From the NCBI GenBank assembly GCA_964654645.1, contig CAZZJO010000007.1, forward strand, positions 33,706 to 97,705: a DNA stretch of 64,000 nt. The letters run 5' to 3'. Numbering within the stretch: the stretch's first letter is position 1; the number at the start of each line of letters is the position of its first letter. This DNA comes from an uncultured Verrucomicrobiota bacterium. Its GTDB lineage: Bacteria > Verrucomicrobiota > Verrucomicrobiia > Limisphaerales > CAZZJO01. The notes beneath the pieces are model-generated. The model had not been told where the DNA came from. It did not search any database and saw only the letters and a list, made by a program, of their open reading frames with translations. This document shows, piece by piece, positions 1-10,587 of this stretch. The translations under genes were made by a program, and so were the position numbers.

Positions 1-136
1 AATTGCATCGAAGGGCCCCTGTCTTCCGCATAAATCACACATCGAAACAACAACGCACACACGACAATTGCAAATATACTCACGCTCTTACGCATAGAAC
101 TTGGGTAAAACTATACATTTACATAAAACATATCAA

Positions 137-646
137 CTACTCCCCATTAGCTGGGTAAGGGAACCACACGAGTGTCACCCCTTGAGCCCAATCGCGATAC
201 GTGACTACGCCAGGATCTTTTACCAACGCCACAATTTCAAATTTGGTATTTGAAACCTGGCTCCTATACCGTGTCAAGGCATTACCTGCCAAAATGCATA
301 AAATCAGGCAAACTGCGATAACTGTTACTGGCGCAACCGTGCGGCGGATCGAGCGTACCCTCTCCACAAAATCCAATATGGCTCCTGAAATAACGTCTAT
401 CATGCTCGGCTGAGTTATCCGGGATCTAATACTTGCCCAATAAACTTCAAATGGAATAGGCAGTGAATAACCGTGTTCAAGATCGAGTTTCCTTAATGTT
501 TCACGGTGCTTACGGATGAAGTCTCCAATCGTCTGAGCCTCTGTCTCAGAAACTAATAGTTGTTCTATTTCACGCGCTTCCCCCGGACCAAGCTCGTTAT
601 CGAAATAGGCTTGTATTTTAAGTAATTTGTCCATTTTATTTTTCAT
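137..646 (-). CDS. Membrane-anchored anti-sigma factor (putative), cognate to the upstream ECF sigma
   Basis: It lies immediately downstream of, and overlaps, the ECF sigma gene. It has a short N-terminal cytoplasmic helical region, one TM segment (VAPVTVIAVCLILCILAGNAL) and a small C-terminal domain. The start is ambiguous: GTG 667, ATG 646 or ATG 634. Confidence 0.5.
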   Translation of the reverse strand: MKNKMDKLLKIQAYFDNELGPGEAREIEQLLVSETEAQTIGDFIRKHRETLRKLDLEHGYSLPIPFEVYWASIRSRITQPSMIDVISGAILDFVERVRSIRRTVAPVTVIAVCLILCILAGNALTRYRSQVSNTKFEIVALVKDPGVVTYRDWAQGVTLVWFPYPANGE

Positions 647-1271
647 TTCGCTTGCGCAAGATTTCACGCACTGCAGCGGCTAGACTTCGCCTTGCGTAAA
701 ATAAACGAGACATTACAGTCCCAAGCGAACACCCCATTATCTTTGCGATTTCCTTATAGCTTAGGTTTTCAAATTCGTGAAGTATAATAACCGCACGATG
801 CACCTCAGTCAGCTGACCTAGTGCCTCTCTGAGTACCAATCTTTGTTCCTCGACAGTCAATCCTTCTAAAGGATCTACCTCAATAGGTTCCACCAGCCTT
901 TCTACCCCTCCGATCTCCTCCTCCAATGCTTCAATTGATAAATTTCGGTTTCGCTGGAGACGACGTACATAATCAATACATAAATTCGTCACTATACGTG
1001 TGACCCACGTAGCAAAGGCACAATCGCCTTTAAACTTACGCAAGCCACGCCATACTCGCACCCACGCTTCTTGAGAAATGTCCAAAGCTGTATCTTGTTC
1101 CCTTACAAACGCCATTGCACGGTTGTACAGTAAGTTAGAATAACGGCGGACCAACTCTTCAAACGCCTCCATGTCCCCGTCTTTGGCCGCTTTGACAAGC
1201 GCTTCATCATCCAAGGCTTCATAATTTATCTTTGGACCCATATAATTTGACGAAGCTTTAGCGCTTGTCAT
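636..1271 (-). CDS. ECF-type RNA polymerase sigma-70 family factor
   Basis: Region 2 (FEELVRRYSNLLYNRAMAFV...DISQEAWVRVW) and region 4 HTH (LSYKEIAKIMGCSLGTVMSRLFYARR) are both present. ATG start at 1271. Confidence 0.85.
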   Translation of the reverse strand: MTSAKASSNYMGPKINYEALDDEALVKAAKDGDMEAFEELVRRYSNLLYNRAMAFVREQDTALDISQEAWVRVWRGLRKFKGDCAFATWVTRIVTNLCIDYVRRLQRNRNLSIEALEEEIGGVERLVEPIEVDPLEGLTVEEQRLVLREALGQLTEVHRAVIILHEFENLSYKEIAKIMGCSLGTVMSRLFYARRSLAAAVREILRKRNEK

Positions 1272-1289
1272 TCAAACGTAATCCGTTGG

Positions 1290-1955
1290 TTAAATCAGTC
1301 GACCTTTTGTGCTTGGGATTTGGTCAGAAATCCGAGGGTCACGCTGACAGGCTTCATCCACCGCGCGCCCAAAAGCTTTAAAAACAGCCTCAACAATATG
1401 GTGAGGCTCCTGCCCATACAATAGCTCAATGTGTAAATTACATCGGCTGTGATTGACAAACCCTTGAAAAAACTCCCTAGCCAATCCGAACCTAAATGCA
1501 CAAGCCGGATCCTGAGTCTTTTCTTCCATTGTTAACCTTTTGTAAGCAAGCGAATCAAATCCCTTCCAAACAAGGTACGGGCGCCCTCCAAAGTCAATTA
1601 CGCATCTAACCAGTGTCTCGTCCATAGGCACGTATGACTCACCACACATTGGATTGCGAGGATCAAATCCCGTTCCATATCTGCGAATGCCCTTTCTGTC
1701 ACCCAAAGCTTTATTGAAAGCTTCCCCCAACACAATTCCACAATCTTCAACAGTGTGATGGAGATCTACTTCTAAGTCCCCCTTCGCCTTAAGGGTTAAA
1801 TCCACCATGCCATGGCGTGCAAACAGCTCCAACATATGATTGAAAAACGGTATGCCAGTATCCACTTTAGCTCTGCCTCGCCCATCCAGATTAAGGCGAA
1901 TAACAATGTTAGTCTCCCGAGTGACACGTTTTAACCTTACAACCCTAGGCTTCAT
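1290..1955 (-). CDS. hisB: Imidazoleglycerol-phosphate dehydratase
   Basis: RETNIVIRLNLDG, GIPFFNHMLELFARHG and DLHHTVEDCGIVLGEAF are typical IGPD motifs. Confidence 0.9.
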   Translation of the reverse strand: MKPRVVRLKRVTRETNIVIRLNLDGRGRAKVDTGIPFFNHMLELFARHGMVDLTLKAKGDLEVDLHHTVEDCGIVLGEAFNKALGDRKGIRRYGTGFDPRNPMCGESYVPMDETLVRCVIDFGGRPYLVWKGFDSLAYKRLTMEEKTQDPACAFRFGLAREFFQGFVNHSRCNLHIELLYGQEPHHIVEAVFKAFGRAVDEACQRDPRISDQIPSTKGRLI

Positions 1956-2093
1956 GTATTCGGATTCTATGCAATAAAACTACGTTTTAAAGCCTAAAAC
2001 CCAACATGTGCAAGACCGGTTTGTTCCTGTAAATTGAGCTGCTTATCACCTATACTTGTTGATGTTGCAAAACCCGTGCGTCTATGTCACCTT

Positions 2094-3092
2094 ATGTGCG
2101 TGTTACACGGACAAAACATCACATTCATACAAACCAGGATCGATAACCGTCTGAAACGGAAGGTAGTGATCGTTGGAGCTGGAGCTGTAGGCTCGACTTA
2201 TGCTTATTCTTTAGCCCACTCAGGCTTGGCCGAAGAAATCGTGTTAATTGACAAAAACGAATCTCTTGCAAAAGGTCAGGTTTTGGACCTAGTACATGGG
2301 CAATTTTTCTTCCCACCGGCAGAAATAAAATTTGGGACTCCGGAGGATTATTCAGATGCTCAGTTAATCGTCATAACAGCCGGGGTTGCACAAAAACCTG
2401 GGGAGTCCAGATTAGACTTACTTAATCGGAATGCCGCTATTGTCCAGGAAATCATTGACGATATAAAAAGGCAAAATTCAAAAGCTGTAATTTTAATGGT
2501 TACGAACCCGGTGGATATAATGACCTACGTTGCTTTAAAGCGATCGGGTTTTGACCGGAAAAGGGTAATCGGTTCAGGAACAGTGTTAGACAGCGCGCGG
2601 TTCAGACATCTACTAAGTCGGCATTGTGGAATAGATCCTCGGAACGTACATGCATATATTCTGGGTGAACATGGAGATAGTCAACTCGCCGCTTGGTCAA
2701 TGGTTCACATCGGCGGTATACAAATGGACAACTACTGCCCAAAATGCCATAACTGCCCCAATTGGCAATACGAACGTAAGCTCATAGAAGAGGAAGTACG
2801 AAACTCAGCATACAAGATTATAAACTATAAAGGAGCTACCTGGTTTGCAATTGGTGTAGCCCTGGTGCGAATCACAGCAGCCATTCTTCGCGGTGAGCGA
2901 AGTATTCTAACAGTCTCAGTATACCTGGATGGCGAGTTTGGTTTACATGATGTCTGCCTAAGCGTCCCGTGTGTCTTGGATCAAAATGGCATTTCAAAAA
3001 TAGTAGAATGTCCTCTCCCAGAAAACGAACTAACCCTACTTAAAAAATCTGCTAACCTCCTTAAACAGGTAATTTCACAAATGACCTTTTGA
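2094..3092 (+). CDS. ldh: L-lactate dehydrogenase
   Basis: Rossmann motif VVIVGAGAVGS, substrate-specificity Gln in AGVAQKPGESRLDL (Gln indicates LDH, Arg would indicate MDH) and ILGEHGDS. The tracked ORF starts at TTG 2034; ATG 2094 gives a normal N-terminus. Confidence 0.85.
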   Translation: MCVLHGQNITFIQTRIDNRLKRKVVIVGAGAVGSTYAYSLAHSGLAEEIVLIDKNESLAKGQVLDLVHGQFFFPPAEIKFGTPEDYSDAQLIVITAGVAQKPGESRLDLLNRNAAIVQEIIDDIKRQNSKAVILMVTNPVDIMTYVALKRSGFDRKRVIGSGTVLDSARFRHLLSRHCGIDPRNVHAYILGEHGDSQLAAWSMVHIGGIQMDNYCPKCHNCPNWQYERKLIEEEVRNSAYKIINYKGATWFAIGVALVRITAAILRGERSILTVSVYLDGEFGLHDVCLSVPCVLDQNGISKIVECPLPENELTLLKKSANLLKQVISQMTF

Positions 3093-3192
3093 CGCCATTT
3101 TTTACGAGACACGTCAATAGGCTGGGACCTAAAGCCTTACCATCAAGGCACCTATTGGAATTCGTGTTTTTTGTAATCAGTACACGCACAAT

Positions 3193-5124
3193 CTATTTTT
3201 TAAGCATTGGTGGGGTTGGAGCAAACGATCGCAATATAACTGCCTCAGGCGTGGTAAACAGCGAAGTCACCTGGAAATGAAAATACTTAGAGATGGCATC
3301 ATAGGATGGAAGCAGCGTTACATCGATCCAATTAGCAAGTTTCTCTTTTTGTTGAGCTTCAAGCGGTATTCCAAATAAATCTGCGATATTTGTGACTGTA
3401 CCACCGTTCTGCTTTAGCGAACCTAAAAAAGCCTTCATAGATACCGCATTGTTTAAGTACGACACACCCGTCGCACTATCCAACTCCAACTTCCGCAAAG
3501 CCCGCATCAGCTGCTCATTTTCTCTAAGTTTTGCGTCTGGACCTTTTTGACGAACAAATTCCTCCAGCAACGCCGTGTCTGAGGAAAACGCTATATACCT
3601 ATTCACGGCCGCGAAACTAATTATGGGTTCTTTAGCTGATTTACTTTGCCTGACCACAGTAGGTATCACAGAGTAAATTTTCCGGCCTGCAAATTCTCGT
3701 TCTTTCACTGTTAAAGCCCCCCCCAATTCTGGAATCACTGTACACACAGTAGTCACTAGCTTTTCCGGATCACCTGAACCAATTAAGTATATCTTTGGCG
3801 GGGAAGCCAAATCTTCAGGCTTTGAAGTTCGCGGAGGCATCTCATAACTGATAAAATCGTCCCCCAAATTTTTTACAAAATCTTTTTCAAAATCGAAATC
3901 TGGGTTCTTTTCCCTCATGGCACTATTAATCATTGCGATTAGCTGATCAGCAACTGGGAATGGCAATATCTCTCCTGCCACTTTAAGCATAGTGTTCCAA
4001 AATTTTGCACCGTCGATCCGCCAACGCGCCCACGTGGCCACTTCTGCAGCGACAAAATCCGGTGGCATTAAGTCCTTCTTTTCCTTCGTCAGCAGATCTA
4101 GAAGTCCCTTGCGCTCGCCCATTGGCACAAACGCCAATCCTTCAAAATACACACCATCTGCATCCTCATAATACGCTGCTGAAACAGCACGCACTCCGCT
4201 CAATCCTAACGCATCAAAGATTTGAGCTGGAGAAGGTGGCTTAGCAAAAACCGACACTTCTGATTCCTCATCCTTTGCCTTTTTCTGCTCTTCATCATAA
4301 GCCTTTATTATCAGGTCCATAATCCCACGAACGTTTATCCATAAATACCATTGTGATTTACGAAAGTGATAAGAACTGCAGAACTTAAAGCTCGGCGAAT
4401 CAGAAAGTGTTTGCCTACCACTGCCATCAAGAGATGCTAAAACGGCTTCTAATGATTTAGGATCCCCACCTACTAAAAGCAAAGAGCCCTTTTGGCCAAC
4501 ATACAATTCGCTTTCGTTTACAGTATTCGTTTCGTCCAAATCTTCCTGAAGTTCAGTAATCCCAAATTTTTCTGCAATTTTTTGGAAAGTCTCAGTCAAT
4601 TTCTTTTGGCCGATTATATAAACCGTAAATTCCACGTCCCTAATCTTCTCCGTGCGAAGTTTATTTCCGCCATCAACCCATTTTTTCCGGATTGCAATAA
4701 GATTCGATTGCAGCTGTGATGCCCTGTCGCCCGCATCTGCAATTAATATAGTAGCAGGCCCTTTTTCTACCACATTTTCCGTATTTAAAAAACCAATGGT
4801 AAACTGACCCGTGATGAGATTCGTATAGTCAGCCAACTTAATCTGGAGGACGTCTTCGATTGGTTTGACAACTGTTGACTCAAACTTCTTGGTAAAATTT
4901 TCGCGGAATGGACGCATAGCCGGGTCCCGCCATAGTTGCATCATTGGCGAACGCTCTGAAGCTTCGTTTAACGACTTTACACTAGGTATAGAAAATACTG
5001 CTAATGTGTCATGAGGTAACAGCCGTTCTGCGGGTGGTACCGTGGCTGCCTGGGTAGTTGATAGCATTAAACACCCGGTCGCTACTATGGAGAGATAACG
5101 ATTTAGTATAATTTGCGTGTTCAT
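3193..5124 (-). CDS. Secreted hypothetical protein (643 aa)
   Basis: Long clean ORF with an N-terminal signal peptide (LSIVATGCLMLSTTQAAT). It starts 14 nt downstream of the S1C protease gene on the same strand. I recognise no catalytic motif. Confidence 0.6.
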   Translation of the reverse strand: MNTQIILNRYLSIVATGCLMLSTTQAATVPPAERLLPHDTLAVFSIPSVKSLNEASERSPMMQLWRDPAMRPFRENFTKKFESTVVKPIEDVLQIKLADYTNLITGQFTIGFLNTENVVEKGPATILIADAGDRASQLQSNLIAIRKKWVDGGNKLRTEKIRDVEFTVYIIGQKKLTETFQKIAEKFGITELQEDLDETNTVNESELYVGQKGSLLLVGGDPKSLEAVLASLDGSGRQTLSDSPSFKFCSSYHFRKSQWYLWINVRGIMDLIIKAYDEEQKKAKDEESEVSVFAKPPSPAQIFDALGLSGVRAVSAAYYEDADGVYFEGLAFVPMGERKGLLDLLTKEKKDLMPPDFVAAEVATWARWRIDGAKFWNTMLKVAGEILPFPVADQLIAMINSAMREKNPDFDFEKDFVKNLGDDFISYEMPPRTSKPEDLASPPKIYLIGSGDPEKLVTTVCTVIPELGGALTVKEREFAGRKIYSVIPTVVRQSKSAKEPIISFAAVNRYIAFSSDTALLEEFVRQKGPDAKLRENEQLMRALRKLELDSATGVSYLNNAVSMKAFLGSLKQNGGTVTNIADLFGIPLEAQQKEKLANWIDVTLLPSYDAISKYFHFQVTSLFTTPEAVILRSFAPTPPMLKK

Positions 5125-5138
5125 GGAACCTCGCTATC

Positions 5139-6179
5139 CTAATTTTTTGCCCCCCCGCCGCTGTTAGGGCCGGTCCTCATAGGAGGATCCAAATACCTAT
5201 ACGGCGCACTAGGGTTATCTACAGAGTACGCAAAGGCATCCCGATGGTCCAGGAAATATTTTACAACCTCTGCCGGTATTGCAAAACCTAAACCTTCACC
5301 GTACATAACCTTCATGTTAGTTACTCCAACAACTTCACCAGCAAGGTTGAATAACGGTCCACCACTGTTGCCGGGATTAATTTGCGCTGTCGTTTGCAAA
5401 TATAATTTGCCCTGAATTAACCGCGTCTTAGTACTAATAATCCCCTCTGTCACAGTCCTTTCCAGCCCCAAAGGACTACCAATCGCAAATACTCTTTCGC
5501 CTACCACCAGGGTTTCAGTTGATCCTATTGGCACCGACACAAATTTCGAGGCATCCTTGTCTTCTATTTTTAGCAAAGCCAAATCATCAAACTTGTTCAA
5601 CGCTATAATCTTAACTTGCTTATACGTTTTACGTTCGAGCTGACCACTGCGTTGATGATATACTTCAACCTCTATTTCCGTTTCTCCTTCGACAACGTGG
5701 AAGTTTGTAACCAAGTAGCCTTCTTCGTTAATTATAAACCCGCTGCCCAAACCTCGCGGAGTCCGGACTTGTACAACCGCTTCTCCCAGCTTATGTACTA
5801 GTTCCTTAACTGAAGCCGCCCGGCCACCCGAGTCGCTTAATCTATAAAATTTCTCGACCTCTCTAGGTATTTCTTTCGGGGCACTGTTCGTAAACTCTCG
5901 AACAACATTAATTGCAGCCTTTCCATGCAGATTTTGATCGTTTCTTTCTAACTGGACATCAGTCCCTAAATTCGACTCGTCCGATAGAATAGAAATCACT
6001 TCACTCCGGGGAATAAGTACAACGGTAAATCCTAAGTCAATAACTATCAAATTAGGCTTTTGTGCTAAAATCGGCGCCCTTATAACACCCCCTCCCCTCA
6101 ACCGAACGGTTTCGCCTCTTGCTCCTAGAATGGCTGAAATAACAAATATAAACAAAGCAACACCACAAATTAGTTTCAT
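5139..6179 (-). CDS. Trypsin-like (S1C/HtrA-type) serine protease without PDZ domain
   Basis: Signal peptide plus the catalytic triad motifs VTNFHVV (His), DDLALLKI (Asp) and NPGNSGGPLFN (Ser). Confidence 0.8.
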   Translation of the reverse strand: MKLICGVALFIFVISAILGARGETVRLRGGGVIRAPILAQKPNLIVIDLGFTVVLIPRSEVISILSDESNLGTDVQLERNDQNLHGKAAINVVREFTNSAPKEIPREVEKFYRLSDSGGRAASVKELVHKLGEAVVQVRTPRGLGSGFIINEEGYLVTNFHVVEGETEIEVEVYHQRSGQLERKTYKQVKIIALNKFDDLALLKIEDKDASKFVSVPIGSTETLVVGERVFAIGSPLGLERTVTEGIISTKTRLIQGKLYLQTTAQINPGNSGGPLFNLAGEVVGVTNMKVMYGEGLGFAIPAEVVKYFLDHRDAFAYSVDNPSAPYRYLDPPMRTGPNSGGGAKN

Positions 6180-6657
6180 ACGCTAAACATATGTACTCCC
6201 TAATACCTTGGCAAGGCACACGTTCCTCTGTTTCCCCTTTGCGTAGTAACCGATTGCTCATATAAACTGATGCAGCTAAGGTTTCCAAAAATTGTTCTCG
6301 GAATGGGAACCGGTTGCATTGTTTCTGAGAACTCCTCAATTAAAAATTAACCAATGACAAATTCCCTTACTCCCAGCGTCGTAAGAGTATTACAATGTGC
6401 AATGAGGCTAACTAACTTCAAAACCCAAGACAATTTCTCACAGATATATACGCAAAAACTGTTTATAAACAGCGCCCATTTATATCAACCCGAAGTGATA
6501 GCTCAGGTTAAGCATAAACTATCAATTATGTAAAAACCATATAACCGCCCCAATTTACGTTACTACTACACGGGATGCCAGGCCGCCTTGACTATAAAAA
6601 AAGTACGCTTTAAAAAAGAGATGGTTATTAGTTCCCAGATTTTCAATTATTTCCCTA

Positions 6658-9600
6658 ATGGCCTCGAAACATAAATCACATTATTTGACTTTTAGTTCAA
6701 CAAGTGAAGGCGGCTCACTCTTGTATCAATTTTTTTTCAACCAGACGTTTGCCCCATGTTGGATTGTTGACCCCGTCACCTTAAAGATTATCCAGGCAAA
6801 CGAGTTAGCATGTAAAACGTACAACACAACACCAGAAGAGTTTAAAGACCGTTACTATCCGGAGCTTCATATCGAATCCGAGCGGCACAAAATCGTTAAC
6901 GAGCTCACATTAATCAAGGAAACCGGGGGTTTTGTCCGACAACCATGGCATCATCTTAAAAAACCAAATGTCAAGGTCCCAGTCCGACTCTCTGTATTAC
7001 CCATCGAATTTAACGGTAAACCGTGTTACCTGATTTATGCGGTCGAACGTAGTACTGAAACAACCTTGGAACAAAGCCGCTTGCGCTTTTTAAAATCTGT
7101 AATTGAAACAATTCTTTTCCCTATAATTATCACAGATGACAAGGGCCAAGTCAGATGTATTAACCGTGCTGCGTGTCAACTCTTGGATATCAACGAAAAA
7201 CAGACTACGGGTCAATTTGTACATAAGCTTTTCAGTCTGTCAGACCCTATAACTAATTGCGAAGTGAATGTTGAGGAAACTTTTTTAAAAGGGGCCAATA
7301 CACAGAGTGAAGCTATATTTACCCTAAAACGCCGAACAGGCGAGAAGATCCCTGTAGGCCTAACTCATGCCTTGGGAATAATCGAAGGAATTAAGGGGGT
7401 AAGCCACATCTTTATCCTACGTGATCGAACAGTAGAAGAAATAGCTCTGCAACAAATCTCAAGGGCCCAGAATTTGTTTCAAAACATCGTTACCCATCTT
7501 CACGAAGCTATATTAGTGCTTGATAGCCATGGGCATGTGGTCATCGCTAATCAAGCCTTTTACAATACCTTTAAAACGAAACCGGATTTGGTATTGGGAC
7601 ATGAACTTTCTGAAATTCACCATGGGGCATGGCGAATACCTGATTTACAAAGCCTTATCCACCTTGCCCTTTCCAAGGGGGTAAGAATTCAAGAATACGA
7701 GTTAAAGTGGGATTTTCCTAATCCAATCGGCACCAAAATATTGAAGGTAAACATAACCCCCATTACCCCCGTAGAATCTGACAAACCTTACATAATGGTA
7801 GCAATCGAAGACATAACACAAATCAAACAAGCCATAACCGAATTGTATAAAACTAAATCGTGGTACGAAAAAATAGCAAATATAATAAGCGATTACACAT
7901 TTGAAGTTGAACTAACTCCCGATGGACGGCTTAAACCAATTTGGTTTAGCAAACGCTACACTGATGCATTCGGCGCCTTAAATCCACAAGGCTTTAAACC
8001 AGAACAGTTGTATCCGGTACACCCTGAGGACGTCGAGATTTTTACCAGCCACCTTAGTCAATGCTTCAATGGCAATGAAAGTACCTCCGAATTTAGAGTG
8101 ATGACGAAATCCGGCCAGGTCCAATACATACGTAGTGTTATCGCGCCGGTAAAGGATCCCAATACAGCACAAGTAACAACCCTTCTTGGGGCGGCCCAGG
8201 ATATAACCGAGCAGAAAAACTCAGAATTACATTTGAAACACTTGATCATCACACTCAAAGCAATTCGGAACGTAAACCAAACAATCACCCAAGTATCTGA
8301 TAAAAAAGAACTCCTTAAATCTGTTTGCCGAACACTGGTAGAAACGAAAGGTTATATTGCTTCCATTATTATTCTTACTGACGCCGAAGGGTGGATTACC
8401 GGTGTATTTGAGTGGGGTTTACAAAAAAAATGCCAATCTCCCCTCGAAAACTATATAGGTCAAAAGGTGCCCGAATTACTTTTAAAAGTGATTAATTCTG
8501 GTGAACTGTTTATTAGTCCTCGCCAAGCTCGTGCTAATTGCCCAGTCACGGCAAATTTAGAAGGAACTGTTATTATCGCACCTTTGCAATATAAGGGTCA
8601 ACGCTTCGGGGCATTGGTTGTATCCCTATTAGATGAGTACGCGGTCAACCCTGAAGAACACAACCTTGTTAGCGAATTAGCTAATGATATCGCCTTGGCT
8701 TTGCACAATATCGAGTTGCAAGAACGTGAGAAAAAAGCAGTTGAGGCATTACAGGCCCGAGAGAAGCAATTAAGGGAATTCTTTAATAATGCAGCAGTTG
8801 GTTTTTACAGAACCACTCCTAGCGGCCAAATATTGATGGTGAATCCCACCTTAGCAAGCATGCTGGGTTTTGCTTCGCCAGAGGAACTTATGGGTCGAAA
8901 CGTTTGGGAACTATACCCCACTCCAAAGCTAAGGGAAAAATTTCTACAAGAAGTGGAGCGAACTGGTGTACTTAAAGCATATGAGAACATTTGCGGGAGA
9001 AAGGATGGGAAGGCGATCAACGTAATTGAAAGCGCAATTGCAGTCCGCGATGAAACTGGGAAGACAGTTTATTATGAAGGTGTAGCCATCGACATCACCC
9101 CTCTTAAGAAAGCGCAGGTTGAAATTGCTAGGCTGGCAAGTTTCCCAGAATTACTACCACTGCCTGTCTTTGAGATAGAGGAGAGCGGGACTATCATATA
9201 CGCAAATCCCAAGGCAAAGGAATTAGCATTCCAATTAGGTATGCATGATCCAAAGGAACTTTTGCCAAACGATTATGAATTAATAGTCAAGAAATGTTTG
9301 CAAACCAATACACCATCAATAAATCATAGGAGCGAGCGTGCAGGGCGCATCATAGCATGGGGATTCTATCCTATTCCGAAACTTGGAACCACGCATTGTT
9401 ATGGTTTGGATATTACAGAAGATGTGCGCTTGCGGAAAGCCCTCGAAATCGCACAACGTTTGGAAGCCGTGGGTCAACTCGCCGCAGGTGTTGCTCATGA
9501 CTTTAACAATCTGCTTACCGTGATTCAGATGGGCACAACCGCAATTTTAACTGGAGAAAATCTTTCACCCGACTCGCAACAAATGCTCCACCAGGTAATC

Positions 9601-10587
9601 GAAGCAACCGAACGCGGGGCCAACCTAACCCACCAGCTTTTAACCTTTGCCAGACGTACGCATAAGCAACCTCGGTATTTGGACCTTAACGATGTCGTCG
9701 CAAATCTGCTTAAGATGCTCCAGCGGGTGATACCAGAAAACATTAGCATCAACCTGCAAACCACTCCTAACATACCTTCGATTCACGCAGATTTGGGGAT
9801 GATCGAGCAAGTTATTACAAACCTAGTTACCAACGCCCGTGATGCTATGCCTTCGGGTGGGACCATCACAATCAGCTTAAACGCAGAGAACGTTGAACCA
9901 GATAGAGCAAAAGCCTTTGGTGTCGAACCTGGGAGATATGTAAAACTTTCTGTGGCTGATACTGGCATTGGCATACCACCAGAAATCCACACTCGTATTT
10001 TCGATCCATTCTTTACAACCAAGGAACCAGGAAAAGGAAGCGGGCTAGGTTTGGCCGTGGTTCTAAGTATTGTCCAACAGCACGGTGGGTTTATCACATT
10101 TGACACCGAGGTTGGTAAAGGTACTACTTTCCATATATTTTTGCCCGCTTCGATACAGGAGAAAGAAACGCGACAATTGCAAACTCTAGAGTTTGACTGG
10201 AACTCGTACATAGGTAGCGAAACTGTTCTACTTGTGGAAGACGACACTTCAGTTAGAAACGTGGCAGCTATGGTGTTGCGCCGACTCGGTTACTCTGTAT
10301 ATGAAGCAGCAAGTGGACAAGAAGCAATTAAAGCATGGAACGCCCACAACGGTAAATTTGACATGCTAATCAGCGATCTGGTGCTACCAGGTGGTATGAG
10401 TGGCCGGGAATTGGCTGACCAACTTAGACTCCAAAATCCACATTTAAAAGTGATCTACATGACCGGATATAGTGATGAAGTTATAGCTAGATATTTCGAG
10501 TTTATACCAGGAGAAAACCTTTTGATTAAACCTTTCCCACCTTCAAAACTCGCTGAGGTGGTTAGGCGTACCCTGGATGCAATTTAA
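6658..10587 (+). CDS. Multi-PAS/GAF hybrid sensor histidine kinase with C-terminal receiver domain
   Basis: Several PAS-like repeats and a GAF-like segment are followed by the H-box (AAGVAHDFNNLLTVI) and HATPase N/G boxes (NLVTNARDAM, DTGIGIP, GKGSGLGLA). The REC domain has VLLVEDD, ISDLVLPG and LIKPF. Confidence 0.9.
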   Translation: MASKHKSHYLTFSSTSEGGSLLYQFFFNQTFAPCWIVDPVTLKIIQANELACKTYNTTPEEFKDRYYPELHIESERHKIVNELTLIKETGGFVRQPWHHLKKPNVKVPVRLSVLPIEFNGKPCYLIYAVERSTETTLEQSRLRFLKSVIETILFPIIITDDKGQVRCINRAACQLLDINEKQTTGQFVHKLFSLSDPITNCEVNVEETFLKGANTQSEAIFTLKRRTGEKIPVGLTHALGIIEGIKGVSHIFILRDRTVEEIALQQISRAQNLFQNIVTHLHEAILVLDSHGHVVIANQAFYNTFKTKPDLVLGHELSEIHHGAWRIPDLQSLIHLALSKGVRIQEYELKWDFPNPIGTKILKVNITPITPVESDKPYIMVAIEDITQIKQAITELYKTKSWYEKIANIISDYTFEVELTPDGRLKPIWFSKRYTDAFGALNPQGFKPEQLYPVHPEDVEIFTSHLSQCFNGNESTSEFRVMTKSGQVQYIRSVIAPVKDPNTAQVTTLLGAAQDITEQKNSELHLKHLIITLKAIRNVNQTITQVSDKKELLKSVCRTLVETKGYIASIIILTDAEGWITGVFEWGLQKKCQSPLENYIGQKVPELLLKVINSGELFISPRQARANCPVTANLEGTVIIAPLQYKGQRFGALVVSLLDEYAVNPEEHNLVSELANDIALALHNIELQEREKKAVEALQAREKQLREFFNNAAVGFYRTTPSGQILMVNPTLASMLGFASPEELMGRNVWELYPTPKLREKFLQEVERTGVLKAYENICGRKDGKAINVIESAIAVRDETGKTVYYEGVAIDITPLKKAQVEIARLASFPELLPLPVFEIEESGTIIYANPKAKELAFQLGMHDPKELLPNDYELIVKKCLQTNTPSINHRSERAGRIIAWGFYPIPKLGTTHCYGLDITEDVRLRKALEIAQRLEAVGQLAAGVAHDFNNLLTVIQMGTTAILTGENLSPDSQQMLHQVIEATERGANLTHQLLTFARRTHKQPRYLDLNDVVANLLKMLQRVIPENISINLQTTPNIPSIHADLGMIEQVITNLVTNARDAMPSGGTITISLNAENVEPDRAKAFGVEPGRYVKLSVADTGIGIPPEIHTRIFDPFFTTKEPGKGSGLGLAVVLSIVQQHGGFITFDTEVGKGTTFHIFLPASIQEKETRQLQTLEFDWNSYIGSETVLLVEDDTSVRNVAAMVLRRLGYSVYEAASGQEAIKAWNAHNGKFDMLISDLVLPGGMSGRELADQLRLQNPHLKVIYMTGYSDEVIARYFEFIPGENLLIKPFPPSKLAEVVRRTLDAI

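Noticed and set aside
6459-6472. Whether the palindrome CTGTTTATAAACAG is a LexA SOS box.
   Set aside because: The spacing is CTGT-N6-ACAG, not N8. It also does not match the TGTTC-N4-GAACA-type motif reported for Verrucomicrobia. No SOS gene is adjacent.
9783-10247. Long antisense ORFs inside well-supported genes. Examples: 9783-10247, 12970-13443, 14315-14788, 18064-18504, 37558-37980, 45292-45708, 50814-51230, 60629-61081 and 27595-27915.
   Set aside because: Each lies wholly within a gene with clear family motifs on the opposite strand. Their products are low-complexity, Ser/Arg/Pro-rich and motif-free. This is typical of shadow ORFs.
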